From the NCBI GenBank assembly GCA_009886035.1, contig VFJN01000090.1:1-63008 (forward strand): a stretch of 63,008 nt of DNA. Reading direction: 5' to 3'. The first letter of the stretch is position 1. Each line of letters begins with the position of its first letter. Position numbers and translations under genes: made by a program. The DNA is from Actinomycetota bacterium. Its GTDB lineage: Bacteria; Actinomycetota; Acidimicrobiia; Acidimicrobiales; VFJN01. The notes under the pieces are model-generated. The model did not search any database, had not been told where the DNA came from, and saw only the letters and a list, made by a program, of their open reading frames with translations. Shown piece by piece: positions 57,150 to 63,008 of this stretch.

Positions 57150-58094
57150 GTGCCGGTGCGAAATCGTTCCACCGATGGTGAGGGTACGGTCGACCTTACT
57201 CGTCGTTATCTCAGCGAATTAGGCGGCTTCCCGCTCCTCACCGCGGAGCAAGAAGTCGAACTGGCCCAGGCCATCGAAGCCGGTCGTCTGGCCGAAGAAG
57301 AACTGGCCACCACCACCCCCTCTCGGGTCCGCAAGACGCTGCTCGAGAAGCAGGCGGCGGCGGCCGAAGTGGCGCGCAGCACATTCATCCAATCCAACCT
57401 GCGGCTCGTGGTGTCGATTGCCAAGCGGTATCAGGGCACGGGGATGACACTGCTCGACCTGATCCAGGAAGGAAACCTCGGGCTGATGCGGGCGGTGGAG
57501 AAGTTCGACTACCGCAAAGGCTTCAAGTTTTCCACCTACGCCACCTGGTGGATTCGCCAGTCCATCGGCCGAGGTATCGCCGATAAGGCCCGCACGATCC
57601 GGCTGCCTTCCCACCTCGTGGACACGATGTCGGTGCTCTCGAAGGCCTCGGCCACGCTGCTCAAGACCCTCGGGCGCGAACCCACTCCGGCGGAGTTGGC
57701 TGAGGACACCGGCATGCGCCTTGATCGAGTGGAGTTAGCCCTCCAAGCATCGCCTGACCTCATCTCGTTGTCCGTCCCGATCGGCGAAGACGACGCCGAG
57801 TTGGGCGACATGCTGGCGGACGACAACGCCGAGGCCCCGTTTGACGCCGCCGCTCTGTCCCTGGCCAAGTCCGACCTGCACACCCTGCTCGACTTCCTCA
57901 ATCCCCGAGAGCGAGAAATTCTTTCGCTCCGCTTTGGGCTCGAAGGCGAACACCCCCTCACTCTCGATGAGGTTGGGCGTCGCTACAACGTCACCCGTGA
58001 GCGCATTCGCCAGATCGAGGCGAAGGCGCTCACGAAGTTGCGCCATCCGTGTTCGGCCCAGCAGCGCCGCCTGGTCTCCTCGCTGGGGAACTGA
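57150..58094 (+). CDS. RNA polymerase sigma-70 family factor, group 1/2 (HrdB/SigB-like, no long region 1.1)
   Basis: Region 2 'DLIQEGNLGLMRAVEKFDYRKGFKFSTYATWWIRQSI', region 3 'RTIRLPSHLVDTM', region 4.2 'TLDEVGRRYNVTRERIRQIEAKAL'. 314 aa. Confidence 0.92.
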   Translation: MPVRNRSTDGEGTVDLTRRYLSELGGFPLLTAEQEVELAQAIEAGRLAEEELATTTPSRVRKTLLEKQAAAAEVARSTFIQSNLRLVVSIAKRYQGTGMTLLDLIQEGNLGLMRAVEKFDYRKGFKFSTYATWWIRQSIGRGIADKARTIRLPSHLVDTMSVLSKASATLLKTLGREPTPAELAEDTGMRLDRVELALQASPDLISLSVPIGEDDAELGDMLADDNAEAPFDAAALSLAKSDLHTLLDFLNPREREILSLRFGLEGEHPLTLDEVGRRYNVTRERIRQIEAKALTKLRHPCSAQQRRLVSSLGN

Positions 58095-58575
58095 GCCAGT
58101 CGGCATCCACTCGGGCGGCGGCGACGATCGCCCCACTGGCCTCGGCCTGCAGTTCGGGTAACGAACTGGGGAGGAACCAACCGACCTCCGAGATTTCGGG
58201 CGACATGGGGCGGGCCGAAGTGGCGTCAACCCCCTCGGCCAGCACGGCCCGAAAGATCACGTCCACCCGCTGAGCGCTGGCATCGACCACCACGTGGGGC
58301 TCCCGCACCAATCGCACCATCACCCCCACCTCCTCCGCGACCTCCCGCCGGGCCGCTTCGGCGGTGGTCTCGCCCCGTTGGAGAAGCCCACCGGGAAGGC
58401 CCCACCGGTCCCGGTAACTGAGGCGCACCAGCAGGAGAGCACCGTCGGTCCGCTCGATGATGCAGATGGCGCCCACGGTGAACGACGGGGCAATGGTACG
58501 AACCACTCGGCGGCGGAGGCGGACGGGAAGCCGACGGAACACGGCGAGGGCACCACGGTGCAGGGAAGCGATCAC
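58030..58575 (-). CDS. NUDIX hydrolase
   Basis: Nudix box 'GLPGGLLQRGETTAEAARREVAEEVGV'. 181 aa. The 3' end overlaps the convergent sigma gene by 65 nt. Confidence 0.85.
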   Translation of the reverse strand: MIASLHRGALAVFRRLPVRLRRRVVRTIAPSFTVGAICIIERTDGALLLVRLSYRDRWGLPGGLLQRGETTAEAARREVAEEVGVMVRLVREPHVVVDASAQRVDVIFRAVLAEGVDATSARPMSPEISEVGWFLPSSLPELQAEASGAIVAAARVDADWLSSPARRPGGAAGPNTDGATS

Positions 58576-58579
58576 GGGG

Positions 58580-59362
58580 TCAGGTTACGAGGCCTTCCGC
58601 CGCCCACGGCCCATAATCGGCGAAGCGGCGGCGCGCCGCCACGGCCTCAGCCAACAATGCAGGGGTGGCCGCCGCCACCGGGGTGCGCCGAACAGCGTGA
58701 TCGATGGTGACGAGGGGCCGATCGTAGGCGTCCACCACGGTCGCGCCGGCTTCGGCACAGATGAGGAGACCACCGAGGTAATCCCAGGCCCCGTGGGCGC
58801 TCGGACTGCAGTCGACATAGGCATCAAGGCGGCCACCGGCCACCGCACACAGGTCGAGCGCAATGGCACCGAGGGCCCGGAACTGCTTCCAGCCGAACCA
58901 GACGGGCGGATACCCCGACAGTCCCACCATGGCCTCGCCGAGGCTGCGGCAGGCACTGGGCCGCAGGGCCACGCCATCGGCCCGGGCTCCCGCGCCCCGC
59001 ACCGCTTCGAAGCGGGTGCCACTGGACTGATCAACCACGACCGACACTCGGGCGCCGTCGCCATCCACCGCGCAGAGACTGGTGGCATACCAAGGCAGAC
59101 CTCGGCTGGCGTTGGTGCTGCCATCCACCGGGTCCACCACCACGATGATCGAGCGCTCGGCGTGATGCAGACCCGACTCCTCACTCATGGCTCCGAGTCC
59201 GGCACGATCAATCACGGCGAGGGCGGCCGTATCGGCGGCCAGATCCGAGAGGTACTGCCCCGGGCGGGTACCCGCACTCCCCCAGTCCGCCAAGCCCGAA
59301 AGCGCAACCTTCACCGCCGAGGCGGCTTCGTGGAGCACCTCGAGGAGAATCTCGTCTTTCAT
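58580..59362 (-). CDS. Inositol monophosphatase-family phosphatase (SuhB/ImpA/HisN-like)
   Basis: 'VVVDPVDGSTNASRGLP' and 'WDYLGGLLICAEAGATV' motifs. 260 aa. Lies 4 nt upstream of the Nudix gene. Confidence 0.88.
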   Translation of the reverse strand: MKDEILLEVLHEAASAVKVALSGLADWGSAGTRPGQYLSDLAADTAALAVIDRAGLGAMSEESGLHHAERSIIVVVDPVDGSTNASRGLPWYATSLCAVDGDGARVSVVVDQSSGTRFEAVRGAGARADGVALRPSACRSLGEAMVGLSGYPPVWFGWKQFRALGAIALDLCAVAGGRLDAYVDCSPSAHGAWDYLGGLLICAEAGATVVDAYDRPLVTIDHAVRRTPVAAATPALLAEAVAARRRFADYGPWAAEGLVT

Positions 59363-59391
59363 CGCTCTTTAGCGTACGGGTTCCCGGGCGC

Positions 59392-59976
59392 GTGGCAATG
59401 TGGGGGGTCATGGCTGCCATCGATATTGCCGGATTCGTCGCCGACCTCAAGGACCATGCCGTGGACCACGGCTTCCATGTGCATGACGAACGCCATTTCG
59501 TAGAGACGTACTCGCTGCGCCAGGCCTGGGAAGTGGACCTGCACCCCGAAGAGGCCTGTGGTGGCCCGCTCGATCTCCATCTGTCCTTAGAGGTCGACCC
59601 GCGGGTGCTGCTGTCTTTTGAGGACCTCATCGTGACCCTGCCCGAAGACGACGATCCGCCCGAGGGATTTTGGTTCCCTCTCTTGTTCACCTGGTCGCTA
59701 CCGCCGCTTCCGCACGGTCCCGATCTCCTCTTGCTAGCCACCGACCTCGCCGGTGTGGGGGGAGCCGAGTTCCCCCTGGAGGTGTCGGCCATCGATTCCT
59801 ACCCGTCAGCCACCGACCCCTCGGAACGCAGCCTCACCGTCGTGGCTCGTATCGAGGTGTCTCTCGCGCATGTGTTCAGCGGTCAGGAACAACTGTGTGT
59901 GGTGTTGGATCGCTGCGCCGAGGTGAGCCACCACCTCCTCGACCGGGCTCCCGGCTGGCTCGGCGACGACACGTAG
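59392..59976 (+). CDS. Hypothetical acidic protein
   Basis: 194-aa ORF with GC3-rich codons and natural-looking composition (His, Asp, Glu, Trp). No motif recognised. Alternative ATG at 59410. Confidence 0.5.
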   Translation: MAMWGVMAAIDIAGFVADLKDHAVDHGFHVHDERHFVETYSLRQAWEVDLHPEEACGGPLDLHLSLEVDPRVLLSFEDLIVTLPEDDDPPEGFWFPLLFTWSLPPLPHGPDLLLLATDLAGVGGAEFPLEVSAIDSYPSATDPSERSLTVVARIEVSLAHVFSGQEQLCVVLDRCAEVSHHLLDRAPGWLGDDT

Positions 59977-60115
59977 GCACCGGCAGGCAACGTAGGTGCC
60001 CCCGGCCCAGCCAAAGACGCCTTCGCCCTAGATTCGACGTAGGGGGATGCCTCGTGACCATTCTGTGACCACCGCTGGGTGGCGTTTGCCCCACCGGCGA
60101 CCAGTGGCCCTATCG

Positions 60116-60631
60116 CTACGGCGTGAACCCTTGAGGCCAGATAGTGACCGCATCCCATTCGGATCCGGTCAGGTTGGCCCCAGACAGGGTGGCGCCGTAC
60201 AGGTTGGCGCCGAAAAGGCGGGCGTTGGTCAGGGTGGCGTAGTACAGGTTGGCGCCGGACAAGATGGCGCCGGACAGGGTGGCGTCGGACAGGTTGGCGC
60301 CCCACAGGTTGGCGTTGGTCAGGTTGGCGCCGGACAGGTTGGCGTTGGACAGGTCGGCCCCGGACAGTTCGAAGCCGGACAGGTTGGCGCCGGACAGGTC
60401 GGCTTGGCTCAGGTCGGCGCCGGACAGGATGGCGTTGGACAGGTTGGTACCGGACAGATCGGCTTGGCTCAGGTTGGCGCCGGACAGGATGGCGTTGGAC
60501 AGGTTGGCCCGGGACAGGTTGGTGACGAACAGATTGGCGCCTTGCAGGTCGGCGCCAGCCAGGTCGGCACCGGACAGGTCGGCGCCAGCCAGGTTGGCGT
60601 TGGGTTCGATCGTGTAGCCATTCACGAGCAT
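60116..60631 (-). CDS. Pentapeptide-repeat protein (MfpA/Qnr-sized)
   Basis: 171 aa, almost entirely A(D/N)LXX repeats ('[23 protein letters not shown]...'), capped by '[15 protein letters not shown]'. A 15-bp DNA periodicity is visible across about 60160-60610. Confidence 0.92.
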   Translation of the reverse strand: MLVNGYTIEPNANLAGADLSGADLAGADLQGANLFVTNLSRANLSNAILSGANLSQADLSGTNLSNAILSGADLSQADLSGANLSGFELSGADLSNANLSGANLTNANLWGANLSDATLSGAILSGANLYYATLTNARLFGANLYGATLSGANLTGSEWDAVTIWPQGFTP

Positions 60632-60682
60632 TTCGACCTCTAGCCCCTCATTGCTAGTTACTGCTACCGGCGAACCTAGCCT

Positions 60683-61039
60683 CTACCGTCTCCGCTGATG
60701 ACTGGGTTCCTGGCCGCCCCGTTGCCCCCTAAGGCGATCCGTGGCAACCAGTGGCACTACCCGGCCCCACGTTTTCGCCAGCCTTAACCCTGCCGGCACC
60801 TGATCCGGCGTGAGCGCCCGGGTGATCCGATCGTCGAACGTGTCGAGTTCGAGGTCGAGCCACTGGTGCCGTTTCCGTTCGATGAGGTCGAGCGTGATCC
60901 TCTCGTGATCCCGCAACCATTTCGTGCGGGCCACGTTGCGGCCCACCTCGCCGACCACCGCCAGTCGGTCCACTTCGTACACGTCGAACAGTGTGTGTTC
61001 GGCGGTTTCGTACTCGGCGGTCACTTCCACAACAGCCAC
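60683..61039 (-). CDS. Hypothetical protein (118 aa)
   Basis: GTG start. The first roughly 85 codons are GC3-rich ('EYETAEHTLFDVYEVDRLAVVGEVGRNVARTKWLRDHERITLDLIERKRHQWLDLELDTFDD'), but codon quality decays near the 3' end. No motif recognised. Confidence 0.4.
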   Translation of the reverse strand: MAVVEVTAEYETAEHTLFDVYEVDRLAVVGEVGRNVARTKWLRDHERITLDLIERKRHQWLDLELDTFDDRITRALTPDQVPAGLRLAKTWGRVVPLVATDRLRGQRGGQEPSHQRRR

Positions 61040-61166
61040 CGCATAGGCAGCCAGGTCACCCCGGCGGCTCTCGGCCCAGGCAACCGTTTCGTAGGCAGCC
61101 AGTTAACGGTGTCCGGTTTCGCTGGTGGCACCGTCGACCGGGCCGCCGGTGGTGAGGCTCGACGAG

Positions 61167-62645
61167 CTATAACCCGATGACCCGCTGCGCGACCGACGAG
61201 CTGTATGTGGTCCCGTTACTAAGCTGCCCCCAGTAGTTGTAGCCCCAGCATCTGAGGGTCCCGCCCAACAACAAAGCACACGAATGCTGGTAGCCGGCGG
61301 TGACGGCGATCGCGTTAGTCATCGCAACGAACCAGGGGTCGACGACCGTCACCGGGATCGACGAGACGCCACCGCCGGAAAACACCAAGTTGGCCCCGTT
61401 ACCGAGCCCCCCGAATTGGTTGCTGCCCCAGCATTCGACGGTCCCGCCCGACAACACAGCACACGAATGCTGGTCGCCGGCGGTTATGGCGGTTGCGCTG
61501 GTGATCCCGGTGACTGTCACCGGGGTCGACGAGGACGTTGTGGTCCCGTTACCGAGCTGCCCGGAGTAGTTGTCACCCCAGCATTCGACGGTCCCGCCCG
61601 ACAACAAAGCACACGAATGAAACCGGCCGGCGGTGATGGCGACGGCGGTAGTGATCCCTGTGACCGTCACCGGGGTCGACGAATTCACGGTGGTCCCGTT
61701 ACCGAGCTGCCCGGAGTAGTTCCAGCCCCAGCATTCGACGGTCCCGCCCGACAACAAAGCACACGAATGGTAGCCGCCGGCGGCGACGGCGGTGGCGGTA
61801 GTGATCCCGGTGACCGGCACCGGGGTCGACGAGGCCGTGTAGGTCCCGTTACCGAGCTGCCCGTCGCCGTTGGAGCCCCAGCATGTGACGGTCCCCCCCG
61901 ACAACAAAGCACACGAATGGTAGAAGTCGGCGGTGATGGCGGTGGCGGTAGTGATCCCTGTGACCGTCACCGGGGTCGACGAGTTCGTGTAGGTCCCGTT
62001 ACCGAGCTGCCCGTTGTCGTTGTGGCCCCAGCATGTGACGGTCCCGCCCGACAACAAAGCACACGAATGAAACCGGCCGGCGGTGATGGCGATAGCGGTA
62101 GTGATCCCGGTGACCTTCACCCGGTTCAGCGAGGACGTGAAGGTCCCGTTACCGAGCTGGCCGTTGCCGTTGTAGCCCCAACATTGGACGGTCCCACCCG
62201 TCAACAAAGCACACGAATGATCGCCGCCGGCGGCGATGGCCGTCGCACCGGCGGTGGTGATGGTGAGGGTAGCGGCGGGGGCGAAGGTGTTGTCATCGAG
62301 ATAGGCAAACACGGCGTAGCTGTAAGTCGTCAAAGGAGCCAGACCCCTGTCGGTCACCGTGGCCTCCGGCCACACATCAGCGACCAAAGTCCCCTGGGTG
62401 GGCCCTGACGGAGGTACCGACCCGGACACCCGACGCACGACCGCACCCGATGCCAACGCCGGCCACGGGACCGGTTTCGTCCACGTCAGTGTCGCCGACG
62501 TAGCCGTCGGTACCGCCCCCAACCCCGTCACCGGACCGGGCGTGATCCCACACCCCGCCAGCGACAACATCCCCACCGCAGCTATCCCCAGCAGGACAAC
62601 CCGGCCCCAAACAAACCCTCGCCGTTCACCTGAACCAACCATCAC
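61167..62645 (-). CDS. Lipoprotein with an Fn3-like domain and a seven-blade RCC1-repeat beta-propeller
   Basis: Lipobox 'LSLAGCG'. 'ATSATLTWTKP...YSYAVFAY' looks Fn3-like. Seven repeats of 'HSCALLSGGTV.CWG.N..GQLGNGT'. 492 aa. Confidence 0.88.
   Translation of the reverse strand: MMVGSGERRGFVWGRVVLLGIAAVGMLSLAGCGITPGPVTGLGAVPTATSATLTWTKPVPWPALASGAVVRRVSGSVPPSGPTQGTLVADVWPEATVTDRGLAPLTTYSYAVFAYLDDNTFAPAATLTITTAGATAIAAGGDHSCALLTGGTVQCWGYNGNGQLGNGTFTSSLNRVKVTGITTAIAITAGRFHSCALLSGGTVTCWGHNDNGQLGNGTYTNSSTPVTVTGITTATAITADFYHSCALLSGGTVTCWGSNGDGQLGNGTYTASSTPVPVTGITTATAVAAGGYHSCALLSGGTVECWGWNYSGQLGNGTTVNSSTPVTVTGITTAVAITAGRFHSCALLSGGTVECWGDNYSGQLGNGTTTSSSTPVTVTGITSATAITAGDQHSCAVLSGGTVECWGSNQFGGLGNGANLVFSGGGVSSIPVTVVDPWFVAMTNAIAVTAGYQHSCALLLGGTLRCWGYNYWGQLSNGTTYSSSVAQRVIGL
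61200..62240. repeat. Tandem 150-bp DNA repeats encoding the RCC1 blades
   Basis: The anchor 'gtcccgcccgacaacaaagcacacgaatg' (or a 1-3-nt variant) recurs at 61441, 61591, 61741, 61891, 62041 and 62191, an exact 150-bp phase. One more copy lies at about 61258. Long stretches are identical between units. Confidence 0.9.
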
Positions 62646-62864
62646 GACCCCCGGGTCGCTAAAAGCCCTGCCTCACCCTAACGCACCACCGGCCAGAGAT
62701 GTGGGGCGTGAACCGCCAGCCAGCCACCCGCACCGAAAGAGGCGCCCACCACTAGGCCAGCAATCCTGATCCAGGAGCGGCCCACCTACACACCCATGCG
62801 CCCCTAGGGACGGGACTGCTGCACGACCTGAACCCTCGCAGGTCAAACCTGCAGGTCACAAGGG

Positions 62865-62937
<73 letters not shown>

Positions 62938-63008
62938 TCACCGCCCGCAAGGTCTACACCGCGGCCGCCGGTGTCACGGTGATCACGCCACAATCCGGTT
63001 GGACACCA

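Noticed and set aside
60047-60643. + strand ORFs with (GQVGA)n-type repeats, and the idea that the 15-bp periodic array could be a CRISPR or other non-coding repeat.
   Set aside because: They are mirror images of the minus-strand pentapeptide-repeat gene, which reads as canonical A(D/N)LXX. There are no unique spacers and the period is far too short for CRISPR.
61284-62408. 374-aa + strand ORF, and a possible CRISPR-like reading of the 150-bp repeats.
   Set aside because: It is antisense to the RCC1 propeller gene. The repeats are contiguous coding units of 50 aa with no spacer structure.
62835-62864. Inverted repeats (GCAGGT-caa-ACCTGC, nested in GACCTG...CAGGTC) just 3' of tRNA-Met, considered as an integration (att) site for the 59.4-62.7 kb segment.
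   Set aside because: No integrase gene was seen and no direct repeat of the tRNA 3' end was noticed in the segment. The hairpin is adequately explained as a tRNA terminator.

Overview
High-G+C, Actinomycetota-like chromosomal segment, densely coding, with about 55 supportable CDS and 2 tRNAs. All calls rest on motif recognition by eye, frame and third-position GC bias, and gene context; no searches were run, and start codons are best guesses.

Layout:
- 0-0.4 kb: decayed P-loop ATPase fragment.
- 0.4-2.3 kb: copper amine oxidase.
- 2.7-6.7 kb: Ter stress operon (terB, telA, unknown, terD, TerD-like) with an ISL3 transposase relic beside it.
- 7.1-11.5 kb: two tandem copies of a translationally coupled module (anchored protein plus secreted SGNH hydrolase). 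The second hydrolase is broken by an in-frame TAA.
- 12.4-33.7 kb: large envelope-glycan cluster. It holds five GT-C-type polytopic proteins including an AftD-like giant and a paralogous pair, plus Ppm1-like GT2, GT4, a GT2-methyltransferase fusion, an FAD oxidoreductase, an acyltransferase and a 2OG oxygenase.
- 33.7-53.3 kb: housekeeping genes (M18 aminopeptidase, msrB, UvrD-like helicase, LCP ligase, modBC, PadR, AKR, menB, typA, GH3, enoyl-CoA hydratase, tRNA-Val).
- 53.4-57.0 kb: operon of a coiled-coil SMC-like protein with degenerate ATPase motifs and an N-terminally truncated CvnA-like GHKL ATPase, divergent from a sigma-70 gene.
- 58-63 kb: Nudix, IMPase, a pentapeptide-repeat protein, a 7-blade RCC1 lipoprotein with 150-bp DNA repeats, and tRNA-Met.

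Best candidates for something undescribed are the glycan cluster with its unassigned GT-C paralogs, the SMC-like/GHKL pair, the duplicated anchored-protein/SGNH modules, and a DnaA-box cluster at 52.1-52.4 kb.
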